64,000 nucleotides of DNA from Nitrospirota bacterium (GTDB taxonomy: Bacteria > Nitrospirota > Nitrospiria > Nitrospirales > NS-4). The stretch is from contig CAWBGA010000004.1 in the NCBI GenBank assembly GCA_963788195.1, positions 64,001-128,000 of the forward strand. Reading direction: 5' to 3'. Positions within the stretch are counted from its first letter, which is position 1, and each line of letters begins with the position of its first letter. A program made the translations under genes and the position numbers. Below are positions 10,944-21,396 of this stretch, one piece after another. A model generated the notes under the pieces. That model searched no databases. It worked only from the letters and a program-made list of their open reading frames with translations, and had not been told where the DNA came from.

Positions 10944-11029
10944 GATTGACTCGAATAGCCTGTTCTGATTTTTAGGTGGCGAAACGCGGTGCTAAATTGG
11001 CGCTTAGGAAGCAATCCTCCCGGATTGGC

Positions 11030-12172
11030 ATGAATGTTTTAATTGTTGTTCCATGGGACCAGGAATTCGGCGGAGTTGCTTCTGTCGTAGGTAACCTTGC
11101 GGTGCTGCTGGAGAAACAGGGACACCGCATTTACTTTCTTAATCCTGCCATAGAGGACGGGCTGCGAAGGAAAATCACCAAATGGAGGTTTCCAGGATAC
11201 GAGCTGAATCTGAGATTACCCTTCGATGGATGTAAGCCCGTCAAGTCAATCGCCGCCTTTGCATATTATTTTACTCAAACGCTTCGATCGCTCACCTTGT
11301 TGCTGAGAAGTAACAACATCGACCTTGTTAACATCCATTACCCCGGCGAGCATTATGTGTATTTTGCGCTGCTTCGAAGACTGCTACAGTTCAAGTTAGT
11401 GGTATCTGTTCATGGGGCTGATCTGTTGCCTGACGGTAAGCCGAAGAGGCGTTATTCATGGGCGATCCGGTTGTTGATGAATTCGGCAGATCTTTTGGTA
11501 GCCCCCTCCGCGAGTACCTTAGAAGGGGTCCTCTCAAAATTTCCTCGTCTCCGAGAGAAGGCTCTTTGCATCCATAACGGCGTCAATATGAGTGAATTTG
11601 AGTCGAGCGGCCAAGCAGAGAAACATGGCGACAACTATATTTTGTGTGTGGCTTCCCATCATTCATATAAGGCAATAGACGTGTTGATCAAGGCTTTCCA
11701 AAGTGTGAGGGCCAGAGGTATAAAGGTCGAGCTTCGCCTTGCAGGGGATGGGCCCCTTAGAGCGGAACTTGAAGAATTGGCGCGCCGGTTGGGTGTGAGC
11801 GCGCATATCAAATTTCTCGGTTGGCAAAATAGAGAACAGGTAACGCAACTACTTCAAGGATGCTCATTGTTCGTGCTGCCGTCACGGTCTGAGCCCTTTG
11901 GCATTGTCCTCCTAGAGGCATTGACATGCCGAAAGCCGATAGTTGCCACAGATGTTGACGGCATTCCTGAAGTCATCCAGAATGGCGTGACAGGAAGGTT
12001 AGTGGAATCAGAGAATCCTGGCGCGTTGAGCGAGGCCATTTTGGAAATGCTCAACAATAGACCACTCGCAGAAAGAATGGCCAATGCCGGCTATGAATCG
12101 GTGAAGCAGCATTTTCAATGGGAAACAGCCGTTGAGAAGTATGAGACAGCGTTTTTGGGATTGCTCGCATAA
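11030..12172 (+). CDS. GT4 family glycosyltransferase
   Basis: MNVLIVVP start, IHNGV, PSRSEPFGIVLLEA. Confidence 0.9.
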   Translation: MNVLIVVPWDQEFGGVASVVGNLAVLLEKQGHRIYFLNPAIEDGLRRKITKWRFPGYELNLRLPFDGCKPVKSIAAFAYYFTQTLRSLTLLLRSNNIDLVNIHYPGEHYVYFALLRRLLQFKLVVSVHGADLLPDGKPKRRYSWAIRLLMNSADLLVAPSASTLEGVLSKFPRLREKALCIHNGVNMSEFESSGQAEKHGDNYILCVASHHSYKAIDVLIKAFQSVRARGIKVELRLAGDGPLRAELEELARRLGVSAHIKFLGWQNREQVTQLLQGCSLFVLPSRSEPFGIVLLEALTCRKPIVATDVDGIPEVIQNGVTGRLVESENPGALSEAILEMLNNRPLAERMANAGYESVKQHFQWETAVEKYETAFLGLLA

Positions 12173-13405
12173 TGTCGCTTCAGGAAACAGAACCGCTCAT
12201 GCGTGAACTGCAGAGAAAGGACGTGCATGAGGAGTTGCCGGTGAAGATCATGTGCGTAGTAGGGGCGCGTCCGAATTTCATCAAGGCGGCCCCTGTTGTC
12301 GAGGCGCTGCGTAAGTGGCCGGGCCTTCAAGTGATACTGATTCATACCGGCCAGCACCACGATCAGGAGATGTCCAGAGTCTTCTTTGAAGAACTCGGAC
12401 TTCCAAAGCCTGATGTAGATCTTCAGGTCGGATCGGGTTCTCACGGGGAGCAGACGGGCTTGATAATGATTCGGTTCGAGGCTGTGCTACTGCAGGAGCG
12501 TCCGAACCTGGTGATTGTATTCGGTGATGTAAACTCAACGGTCGCAGCATCGCTCTGTGCCGCCAAATTAGGAATCAAAGTGGCGCACGTTGAGGCAGGG
12601 CTCCGAAGCTTTGACCGCTCAATGCCGGAGGAGTTAAACAGAATTGTGACCGATCATTTATCTGATTACCTGTTTGTGACGGAGAGCAGCGGACGACGAG
12701 AATCTTATGCGTGAGGGGCTTTCCGAGGACAAAATTTTCTTTGTCGGCAATGTCATGGTGGATACCCTTCTGAAGCACCGGGAGCGCGCGCGGGGATGCG
12801 GGATCCGAGAAAAGCTGGGGCTGGCGATCAAGTCCTATAGTATTCTCACGCTCCATCGGCCATCAAATGTGGACGATCCCAAAACCCTTGCAGGGATTCT
12901 CGAGACGCTGCATGAAGTCGCTAAAGAATTACCTGTAGTATTCCCGTGTCATCCGCGCACACGTCAACAACTTGATAAGTCGAGATACAAGCGGATGCAG
13001 GGAATGACGCAAAAGGCCCACGGCCTTATGATTATCGAACCTCTCGGATATATGGAATTTCTCTCGCTGATGAGCGAAGCGCGGCTGGTCTTGACCGACT
13101 CAGGAGGCATTCAGGAAGAAACGACGGTCTTGGGAGTCCCTTGCCTGACGCTTAGAGACAATACGGAGCGACCGGTGACGATCGACCAAGGCACGAATGT
13201 TCTGGTCGGCACTAGCGCCCATCGAATTCTGACTGCGGTCTCCAAGGTTCTAAGCGGCGCCTTCCCAAAGGGGCAGATCCCTGAACTCTGGGACGGAAAG
13301 GCGGCCCAGCGGATTGCGGAGATTCTGAAAACCAAGATGGCAAGTCCCACACAGTACGAGCAGTCTTTAGGATCACAATCTTCTTTGATGGCAAAAAACC
13401 GCTAG
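12172..13405 (+). pseudogene. wecB: UDP-N-acetylglucosamine 2-epimerase (non-hydrolysing), frameshifted near 12691-12700
   Basis: ORF 12172-12714 has GARPNFIK, HTGQH and HVEAGLRS. ORF 12707-13405 has TLHRPSNVD, TDSGGIQEE and TERP. Removing one base in GGACGACGAGAAT restores ...SGRENLMREG. Confidence 0.85.
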
Positions 13406-13471
13406 AGTCAATCGACCCTGGATCTCTCCTTCCCCTGACATAACGATCCCATCCGGGACAACGGGTACCTT

Positions 13472-15391
13472 ATGTGTGGAATTGCTGGAATCTTTTACTA
13501 CGATCACGACCAGACAGCCGATAAGGCCGTGCTTGCGGCTATGGCCCGAGCTATGACGCATCGAGGCCCGGACGATGAAGGCCTGTACATCGATGGCCAC
13601 GTCGGTTTGGCCCACCGTAGGTTGAGTATTATTGATCTGGCGGCAGGTCACCAGCCGATGTCGAATGAGGACGGGACTGTATGGATCGTCTTCAATGGCG
13701 AGATCTATAACTACAGAGAACTCAGAGAGGAACTTATTGCTAAAGGGCGCACGTTTAGGACGAACAGCGACACCGAAGTCATCATTCGCATGTACGAGGA
13801 CGCAGACGAGCAGTCTATTCAGAGGCTGTCAGGTATGTTCGCGTTTGCGATATGGGATAAACGCAAACAGACGCTCCTCCTTGCACGCGACCGCTTGGGC
13901 ATAAAGCCTCTCTACTTTGTGAATGGTCATGGCTTCCTGGCCTTCAGCTCGGAAATTCGCGCCCTCCTCGAAATTAAAAGCATCGAACCCCGGTTAAATC
14001 TGGAAGCGCTGCATAATTATCTGACCTTTCGATACAACATCGCTCCGGAGACCATGTTCCAAGACATTGAGAAGCTCTCGCCGGCCCACATCCTGGTAGC
14101 GCGAGCCGGTCGCGTGCAGCGCCGTCAGTATTGGGACATCGATTACTCCAAGAAACTCGTGGGATCAGAGGAGGAGATCGTTGATGAATTTCGCCAACGG
14201 CTTACCGCCAGCACGAAGAGCCATCTGATGAGCGAAGTTCCTCTGGGGATTCTGTTGAGCGGCGGGCTCGATTCAACGGCTATTACAGGACTTGTTTCGG
14301 GGCTGACCGGTGCACGGGTAAAGACCTTCTCGATCGGATTTGAGGGAAACGGGCAGGATGATTATGACGAACGTTCCTATGCGCGTCTGGCCGCCCAATA
14401 TTTTGATACCGATCATTACGAGGTTGGTATTACGCAAAGGGGGTTTGTGGACGGGCTCGGCGAATACGTCTGGCATATGGAAGAGCCCATGGCCGATCCT
14501 GCCTCAATCCCGCTCTATTACGTCTCAAAGCTGGCGAAAGAGCATGTCACGGTGATCTTGTCTGGCGAAGGCGGCGATGAGTTACTCGCAGGATATACTT
14601 TTTGGTTACCCTTCAAGGGTTACGACCGAGCGCAACGGATAAGGAAAATTCCGCAAGTGCTGCGCCGATATGTGCTGGAATCCTTGAACCAGCTGATTTT
14701 CAGATCTATCCGAGCAAAGAGATATTTGGACCTGGCGGAGCTGCCGTCGAGCCATTATCCGTTCTTCTTTCCGGTCTATATGGGCAACGTGTTTTCCGAG
14801 GAAGCAAAGCGTGAACTGTACAGCCAACAGCTGAGATCGGCACAGCAATTTACAGCTTCTGTAGAAAAGGTGATCGAGAGCTATAAGAAGACCACATCCT
14901 TTGAGTTCCTGGACCAGATGCTCTACGTCTATACCAAACAGTGGCTGCCGGATGACTTACTCCTCAAGGCAGACAAGATGACGATGGCCCATTCGCTTGA
15001 GTTGCGAGTTCCTTTTTTAGATCATTCACTAGTCGAGTTTGTCGCGTCAGCTCCGGTGAGTATGAAGATGAGAAACATCGGCGGGCAGTTTATTACCAAG
15101 TATATGTTCAGGAAGGCATTTGAAGGCAGGGTTCCTAACGAGATCTTGAATCGGAAAAAGGTAGGATTTCCGGTCCCGCTCAATGCCTTATTCAAAGGTG
15201 AACTGCGCACTTTGGCAGAAGATGTGTTCACCTCCCAATCGTTTCGCGACACCGGATTATTCGATGTCCGCAAGATCATGGAGATGTTAAGGCAGCACGC
15301 TTCCGGGGTGGATATGAGTGCGAAATTATGGTCCTTGCTTGTGTTCGCCATGTGGCAGGAACGTTTCAAGGTCACCAGCGCTCAGGGGTGA
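13472..15391 (+). CDS. asnB: Asparagine synthase (glutamine-hydrolysing) family amidotransferase
   Basis: MCGIAG, HRGPD, HRRLSIID, FNGEIYN, LSGGLDS, SGEGGDE. Confidence 0.93.
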   Translation: MCGIAGIFYYDHDQTADKAVLAAMARAMTHRGPDDEGLYIDGHVGLAHRRLSIIDLAAGHQPMSNEDGTVWIVFNGEIYNYRELREELIAKGRTFRTNSDTEVIIRMYEDADEQSIQRLSGMFAFAIWDKRKQTLLLARDRLGIKPLYFVNGHGFLAFSSEIRALLEIKSIEPRLNLEALHNYLTFRYNIAPETMFQDIEKLSPAHILVARAGRVQRRQYWDIDYSKKLVGSEEEIVDEFRQRLTASTKSHLMSEVPLGILLSGGLDSTAITGLVSGLTGARVKTFSIGFEGNGQDDYDERSYARLAAQYFDTDHYEVGITQRGFVDGLGEYVWHMEEPMADPASIPLYYVSKLAKEHVTVILSGEGGDELLAGYTFWLPFKGYDRAQRIRKIPQVLRRYVLESLNQLIFRSIRAKRYLDLAELPSSHYPFFFPVYMGNVFSEEAKRELYSQQLRSAQQFTASVEKVIESYKKTTSFEFLDQMLYVYTKQWLPDDLLLKADKMTMAHSLELRVPFLDHSLVEFVASAPVSMKMRNIGGQFITKYMFRKAFEGRVPNEILNRKKVGFPVPLNALFKGELRTLAEDVFTSQSFRDTGLFDVRKIMEMLRQHASGVDMSAKLWSLLVFAMWQERFKVTSAQG

Positions 15392-15410
15392 TGGACACGC
15401 GCGTCTCCCC

Positions 15411-16748
15411 ATGAAGAATATACTCGTTGTTTCCTATCACTTCGCCCCTAGCCCGGCAGCCGGTGGGATACGCCCATCGAAACTTGTCCGCTATTTTCCG
15501 GAATTCGGGTGGAATCCCACGGTGCTCACTGTCGATACTAAAAATGCGCATGAGATGCCCGCAGTGGCATCTGAGATATATAAAGCCGTCGAATGGCCAC
15601 ATCCCCTGAAGGCATACGAGCAATTAAAGCTAAAACGGAGTGCGCGACGGAATGAGGCGGATGCCCTCATCCTCAAATGGACTGTTTCGTACGATGTAGC
15701 CAACCAATCACCGGGCGCCAGGGGACTGGGTGGGTTGAAACGGTGGCTCATGTCTTTTTTATGGTTTCCCGATCGAGAAATAGGATGGCTCATTCCTGCA
15801 ATGATTCGCGGGCTTCATCTAATCAGAAAGAAAAGAATCGACTACATACTGACGACGGGTCCGCCGTTCACGTGCCATCTCATTGGGCTTGTATTGAAGC
15901 GCCTCACAGGCGTGCGATGGGTGGCCGATTTTCGGGATCCGTGGTCGCTCACGCAGAGAGGGGCCATCGTTCGAAATAACATAACGGACTTGGTGGAATC
16001 TCGCATGATCCGATCGGTTATGAAACACGCTGACCACGTGGTGTCGGTTACGATGCCCATGACGGAACTTGCGCTAAAAGAACACCGCGATTTGGCTGCA
16101 GACAAGTTTCTGACCTTGTCGAACGGATTTGATGCGCTGGATTTTTCACGCACCGGCGGTGCCCGTTCGACCGCGGGTCCCATTGTGTTTGCCTATTTCG
16201 GTACCTTCTATCATGGGAGAACGCCCAAGCCCTTTCTTTGCGCTCTACGCTCGCTTGTTGACGAGCGCGCGCTCAGGCCGGAAGACATTCAGGTGAAATT
16301 TGTCGGCCACGTCGCAATCGCCGAAGGCCAAGAGGTTCGCGAAATAATCAGGGGGCTTGGCTTGGAAAAGTTTGTGGAGGTGCTGCCGGCGGTCTCAAGA
16401 GCGGAAGCGTTGCGGCAATCGTTGGAGGCACACGTGTTGCTTGTCTTGGACGAACGGCACCCGCTTCAGATCCCGATAAAATTCTACGAGGCCATTGCGT
16501 CAGGCGCGGTCGTGTTCAATATCGGAAGCAAGGGCGCCGTAGCCGAAGTACTTGCCAAGACGGGGAGAGGTCTTGCCGTCGACTATAAAAACCCCGATGA
16601 AATCAAATCCGGAATCCTGGAGTGTCTCAGGCGCGAGCGATGGGGACAGATGTGGAGTAAGCCGGATCCGTGGAACGACGCAGCGATTCAGGACTGGAAT
16701 TTTCGGAACCTCACGGGTCGATTCGTGAGCTATCTCGAGCGGGTATAG
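15411..16748 (+). CDS. GT4-like glycosyltransferase
   Basis: MKNILVVSYHFAP, TTGPPF, WVADFRDPW, PIKFYE. Confidence 0.82.
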   Translation: MKNILVVSYHFAPSPAAGGIRPSKLVRYFPEFGWNPTVLTVDTKNAHEMPAVASEIYKAVEWPHPLKAYEQLKLKRSARRNEADALILKWTVSYDVANQSPGARGLGGLKRWLMSFLWFPDREIGWLIPAMIRGLHLIRKKRIDYILTTGPPFTCHLIGLVLKRLTGVRWVADFRDPWSLTQRGAIVRNNITDLVESRMIRSVMKHADHVVSVTMPMTELALKEHRDLAADKFLTLSNGFDALDFSRTGGARSTAGPIVFAYFGTFYHGRTPKPFLCALRSLVDERALRPEDIQVKFVGHVAIAEGQEVREIIRGLGLEKFVEVLPAVSRAEALRQSLEAHVLLVLDERHPLQIPIKFYEAIASGAVVFNIGSKGAVAEVLAKTGRGLAVDYKNPDEIKSGILECLRRERWGQMWSKPDPWNDAAIQDWNFRNLTGRFVSYLERV

Positions 16749-16811
16749 CAGATTCCTTACCCGGTGTTTGAATTCTGACACCGCAATGAGCTGACGGTAA
16801 GACGACTGACC

Positions 16812-18104
16812 TTGGGAGAATCCATTTCGATGCTGAGTACGGCAACGGATATCAAGACGCCGGTACCGAAAAGAGTCTGGAGGGTCTTGCCTCCTGTAGG
16901 GGGAACCATTCCGCTTAGAGTCGTCTTCGATGCCCTGCTCGGCAGCGTCACTGCTAAGGAGCCGGCACGGCCGACTTTGGCCGAGCTCTTGGTCAAACGC
17001 ACCGACGTCCCGCATTGGATATTCACCAACTCCGGCCGGTCGGCAATTAGCGTTGTGTTGATGACGCTAAAAGAGTTGCATCCGGACCGGGATGAGGTCG
17101 TGATTCCCGCTTATACGTCTTACTCGGTTGCTGCTGCGGTCGTTCGAGCGGGATTGCGTGTGCAGTTGTGTGATGTGGAGCTCGCGACCTTAGGCATGTG
17201 CCCGAAAGCCCTGGAGCGACTGTTTACACCCAAAACGCTCTGTGTGATTCCTCATCATTTGTACGGTGTGCCGTGTCAGATTAAGGCCATATGTGAGATA
17301 GCGCGTGAATATGGAATCCCAATCGTTGAAGACGCGGCCCAGGCGATGGGATGCTCCTATATGGAGGCTCCATTGGGGTCCTTTGGTGAAGCAAACATCT
17401 TCAGCCTAAGCCGGGGGAAAAGTCTTCCCGCCGCGGGCGGGGGGTTAATCGGCACCCGTGATGAGATGTTCACCGAAGGGTGTCGGCGGATACTGCGGCG
17501 TGCGGGGGCGCCAAGAGAAACGGCCCGGAATGTCGGCGTAGGGTCAGCTATCGAGGCAGCCCTGAGGGGAATGTTTATGCGTCCCTCACTCTACTGGGTT
17601 CCTGCGTCGCTTCCCTTTCTGGGATTAGGCCAATCAACCTATGATCCGAATTTTGAGATTCGCCCGATGTCCAAATTCCAGGAGCAATTGGCAGCAAGGC
17701 TGCTTCCCGCTCTGGACCGCCTTGTGGCTATCCGTCAGAGAAATGCGGCACGACTGCGCAGGGCCCTCGGTGATGTGCCGGGTCTGTCCATCATCTCACC
17801 CGCCATCGATCAAGAAAAAAATGTTTGCCTCCGCTTGCCGATCCTTGTGGAGGATTCGGTACGACGAAACCAGCTGTTGGAGGAGCTGGAACGGCAAGGA
17901 CTGGGGGCGACGTGCGGGTACCCGTCGCCTTTATCCGATCTTTCAGAGCTACGATCGAAACTCACAGGATCGGCAGTGCAGTTTCCCGTTGCTCGGCAAA
18001 TCAGCCAACAGCTTATTACGTTGCCAACTCATCCCGATGTTACTGAATGCGATATGGACCGAATGGTTGAGGTACTTCGCCGATGTATCCAGACGCGACT
18101 CTAA
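16812..18104 (+). CDS. DegT/DnrJ/EryC1/StrS family PLP-dependent aminotransferase
   Basis: SGRSAI, VVIPAYT, HLYG, VEDAAQAMG, FSLSRGK (PLP lysine), LPTHP. Start could be the ATG at 16830. Confidence 0.82.
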   Translation: MGESISMLSTATDIKTPVPKRVWRVLPPVGGTIPLRVVFDALLGSVTAKEPARPTLAELLVKRTDVPHWIFTNSGRSAISVVLMTLKELHPDRDEVVIPAYTSYSVAAAVVRAGLRVQLCDVELATLGMCPKALERLFTPKTLCVIPHHLYGVPCQIKAICEIAREYGIPIVEDAAQAMGCSYMEAPLGSFGEANIFSLSRGKSLPAAGGGLIGTRDEMFTEGCRRILRRAGAPRETARNVGVGSAIEAALRGMFMRPSLYWVPASLPFLGLGQSTYDPNFEIRPMSKFQEQLAARLLPALDRLVAIRQRNAARLRRALGDVPGLSIISPAIDQEKNVCLRLPILVEDSVRRNQLLEELERQGLGATCGYPSPLSDLSELRSKLTGSAVQFPVARQISQQLITLPTHPDVTECDMDRMVEVLRRCIQTRL

Positions 18105-19489
18105 AGCGCACCATTCCGATGTTGGAAAAACCCGCCCCCTTCCGATGGGGCCTGGGATTTCTGCTTTTATTCACCCTGGTGGTCGTCGGCAGAATCCACG
18201 AAATCTTTCCCGCAGTGGCTTCACTGCGAGTCGGTTTAATAACAGGCGGACTTGCGGCACTTGCCTGGATACTCGCCCCGGGCTCCTTCCAGGAGAAGGT
18301 GCCGACGAGGCTTCGCCCGGTGCGCTATTTGCTCATCCTGACGGCTCTCGCCGTATGCACCATTCCAATAGGCGTTTATCCGCGGCAGAGCTTCGATTTT
18401 CTTACGGACAAATATTCAAAAATCGTACTCATGTTTCTGCTCGTGATCTACTGGTGTCGGTCCATCCAAGACGTGCGGCGGATGATGTGGGTGTGCTGTC
18501 TCGGGGCTGTTGCCCTCGTCGTGGCCGGTATGCTGACGGGCCAGCTGAACAGTGACCAACTCGTCAGTGACCAACTCGTCAGCGGTGACAAACTCGTCGC
18601 CGACCGTTTTTCCGCGGGTTCGAAATCATACGATCCCAACGACCTGGCATTACTGCTGATCATGCTGCTTCCGTTCCTGTTCTATTTGTTTTCTACCTCT
18701 CGTGGGGTGCTATCTATTGTTGTGTTGGGGTTCGCGATGGTGTGTCTCTACGGCATCGTACTGACCCAGTCACGCGCTGGTCTTCTCACCTTGCTTTCCG
18801 TTGGTGCGCTGACAATGTGGCGGAGCACTTTGAGTGGAAAGAGCAAAGTCATGATCGTTCTCATTGCAGCGCTTGTGTTCGGCGTGTTGGCAGGAAGTAC
18901 CTACTGGGAACGAATGGGAACAATTTGGAATCCCCGAGACGAAGTTGACTCGACGGCAGCCGGACGAACCGATGTCTGGAAAACAGGCCTCATCATCATG
19001 GCGACTCACCCATTAGGGGTAGGTATCAGCGGTTTTGAAACCGCGGAAGGCTTATCCCACGGAGGGTTCGGTAAGTGGAGTGCCGCGCATAACTCCTTTC
19101 TGCAGATCGGGGTCGAATTGGGCGTGCCGGGCCTGATTGTATTCTTGTTATGGATTACGCACACGATTAAAGCCCTCAGGCGCATCCAGAAAAGGCCGCC
19201 AATGCCCGTCACGGCCTTGAAAATACAGAAGGAGCCCGGTCGAGCTTTAAATCCTCTCGCTCCGCTGGCTGCAGCCCTGGAAATTAGCTTATGCGGATTC
19301 GTTGTGGGTGGCTTTTTTCTCTCCGCCGCCTACGGTGGGCTGTTGTATGTTCTTCTCGCGTTGAGCCTAGCCTGTAGCCGCCTTGCCGCAGACCCCGAGC
19401 TGTCCCAACCTGAACAAGTCCCGAAGTTGTGGAAAGCCTTTCCGCAGAGGAAACCATTGCTGGGTGAGGGAGGGGGAATCAACAAGTGA
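18083..19489 (+). CDS. O-antigen ligase / Wzy polymerase-like membrane protein
   Basis: Many hydrophobic helices with DPNDLA, TQSRAG, GRTDVW, PLGVG and AHNSFLQIGVELG motifs. Confidence 0.85.
   Translation: MYPDATLKRTIPMLEKPAPFRWGLGFLLLFTLVVVGRIHEIFPAVASLRVGLITGGLAALAWILAPGSFQEKVPTRLRPVRYLLILTALAVCTIPIGVYPRQSFDFLTDKYSKIVLMFLLVIYWCRSIQDVRRMMWVCCLGAVALVVAGMLTGQLNSDQLVSDQLVSGDKLVADRFSAGSKSYDPNDLALLLIMLLPFLFYLFSTSRGVLSIVVLGFAMVCLYGIVLTQSRAGLLTLLSVGALTMWRSTLSGKSKVMIVLIAALVFGVLAGSTYWERMGTIWNPRDEVDSTAAGRTDVWKTGLIIMATHPLGVGISGFETAEGLSHGGFGKWSAAHNSFLQIGVELGVPGLIVFLLWITHTIKALRRIQKRPPMPVTALKIQKEPGRALNPLAPLAAALEISLCGFVVGGFFLSAAYGGLLYVLLALSLACSRLAADPELSQPEQVPKLWKAFPQRKPLLGEGGGINK
18551..18598 (+). repeat. 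In-frame 15-bp tandem repeat (two exact copies and one degenerate)
   Basis: AGTGACCAACTCGTC x2 then AGCGGTGACAAACTCGTC, encoding SDQLV-SDQLV-SGDKLV. Confidence 0.85.
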
Positions 19490-19496
19490 TCAGGAT

Positions 19497-20522
19497 ATGT
19501 TAGAGCTGCGCGAACTCCCCTCACGAAAGGAGGCGGAATGGGACAGCATTGTTTTCGCTTCTCCCAGAGGTCTGCTGTTTCACTTGATCGACTGGCTTGA
19601 GATCGTTCGGCAAAGCCAACGCCTTCAGTTGCGTCGCCTCGGCATTTTTGACGGCAGTGAACTGATCGGCATCTTCCCTCTGTTTCTCAAGTGCTTTGGT
19701 CCATTGACGGTGGCGGGATCTCCGTTTGTGGTTGAAGACACGCACTACCTAGGGCCTGTGGTGGCGGATGAATGCGTTCCCGAGGTCATGAGGCTCTTTG
19801 CAGAGTACATGCAGGCCCAGCGGATAAACTACGCCCGCATTATTTTTCACCACGACTTCGCAAGAGAATCCTTTGCGTCCTTAGGTTACGAGTGTGTTGA
19901 TAACCTCTCGCACGTGGTGGATCTGAAGCATGACCAGGACACTCTCTGGAAACGGGTGAAACCTCCTTGCCAACGACAGATCCGCAAGGCGGCTCGTGCA
20001 GGAGTCACGACGGAAGTGATCCGGGACGGACGGTACCTCGAATCTTATTATGGTCTCGTTCTGAGTCTCTATGCCCAGCAAAAAAGGACGCCACCCAGTC
20101 CGGTCGAGTTCTTCCATGCTATTTGGGCGCGGTTTGGGACGAAGGGTGATCTGGTATGGGTCGTGGCGAAGCACGAGGGAACTCTCGCGGCCGGCGCGCT
20201 TCTCGCCTTATGGCGCGGGTCCGTGTTCTATCTTGACGGGGCCTCTGATAAATCCAAAGTCGGCTTAGGCGTCAATAACGCCTTGCATTGGGCCGCGATC
20301 CAGTGGGCTAAATCCGAAGGGTATTCCGTTTACGATTTTACAGGATCAAATGTGCCGCGGTTTTTTCAATTCAAGAGCAGCTTCGGCGGCGACCTGACCA
20401 GATATCTGACCCTTGAGCTCGCACGACCGGGGTATCTACGTCTGGCACGTCGTCACTATGCCACATACAAAAGCCTGGTGCAGCGGGTAAAACATCTGCG
20501 ACAAGGAATAAAACGTGGTTAG
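19497..20522 (+). CDS. FemAB-like / GNAT acyltransferase
   Basis: EWDSIV...LFHLIDWL, RQIRKA, NNALHWAAIQWA, YDFTG...FKSSFGG. Confidence 0.82.
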   Translation: MLELRELPSRKEAEWDSIVFASPRGLLFHLIDWLEIVRQSQRLQLRRLGIFDGSELIGIFPLFLKCFGPLTVAGSPFVVEDTHYLGPVVADECVPEVMRLFAEYMQAQRINYARIIFHHDFARESFASLGYECVDNLSHVVDLKHDQDTLWKRVKPPCQRQIRKAARAGVTTEVIRDGRYLESYYGLVLSLYAQQKRTPPSPVEFFHAIWARFGTKGDLVWVVAKHEGTLAAGALLALWRGSVFYLDGASDKSKVGLGVNNALHWAAIQWAKSEGYSVYDFTGSNVPRFFQFKSSFGGDLTRYLTLELARPGYLRLARRHYATYKSLVQRVKHLRQGIKRG

Positions 20523-21315
20523 TTTTGGACGGGAACAGGCGCTGCTTGAACCCAGCGGTCTTCGACGATGGACGTTACGCCTAATCGGCAACCCCCATGC
20601 AGGCGCGCGCTTGCGTCTGCGCTCGCTGCTCCAGGCTATTCAGTATCTGGAGGCAGAGCATGGGCTGAAGATGGCAAGGGCACAAATCTTGGACGCGGGT
20701 TCCGGGAAGGCCGAGTACAGTTTCTTCATGGCACACCGTTATCCTTTGGCCCGCGTCACGGGGCAAGAACTCGAGGCAGCAAAAGTCAGTCGCGCGAATG
20801 CCACAGCCCGAGCTCTGGGTCTGCAAACGCTACGTTTTAGAGAAGGAGACTTGCTCTCCCTCTCGACGCTCGAAGAGTTCGATTTGGTTATTTGCTTGGA
20901 CGTGCTCGAGCACATTCAGGACGATCAGGCTGCAATCGAAGCGCTTTACCATGCTTTGAAACCAAGGGGGTTTCTCATCCTTCACGTTCCAAACCTCATC
21001 CGGCCCCATTTCCACATTGAGGAACCGGGTCATGTCCGGGATGGGTATGACAATGAACAGATGAGGCTGAACCTCAAGCGTGCCGGCTTTGAAGTGCTCC
21101 AGATTCGCAACCCCATCGGGCCCTGTGGGCGCTGGGCGGATGATCTATGCGAAGTACTGACCGATCGTCCGATTCTGCGAGGTCTTGGAATCCCCCTCTA
21201 TGCCGCCCTTGTATGGATGGACCGCTTCGGAAGCCGGACTCGACAGTCCTCCTCGAATGCCGGGCTTCTGGCAATCGCACAGAAACTCGACAGAGTCCCA
21301 CCGCAGCGTGACTAA
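20515..21315 (+). CDS. Class I SAM-dependent methyltransferase
   Basis: ILDAGSGK, FDLVICLDVLEHI, LKPRGFLILHVP, HVRDGY. Confidence 0.85.
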   Translation: MVSFGREQALLEPSGLRRWTLRLIGNPHAGARLRLRSLLQAIQYLEAEHGLKMARAQILDAGSGKAEYSFFMAHRYPLARVTGQELEAAKVSRANATARALGLQTLRFREGDLLSLSTLEEFDLVICLDVLEHIQDDQAAIEALYHALKPRGFLILHVPNLIRPHFHIEEPGHVRDGYDNEQMRLNLKRAGFEVLQIRNPIGPCGRWADDLCEVLTDRPILRGLGIPLYAALVWMDRFGSRTRQSSSNAGLLAIAQKLDRVPPQRD

Positions 21316-21396
21316 GACACCGCAAGACCCTTTTCTCCGAAGCAAAGGGAATTTTGGTCTAGATAGTCGGCTCGTGCGCACGAGTACTTTGCAACG

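Noticed and set aside
10997..11013. GG-N10-GC sigma-54-like sequence TTGGCGCTTAGGAAGCA
   Set aside because: Poor -12 element, and the implied TSS would be only a few bases before the ATG.
17641..18555. 304-aa alternative-frame ORF
   Set aside because: It overlaps two well-supported genes and has no recognisable motifs.
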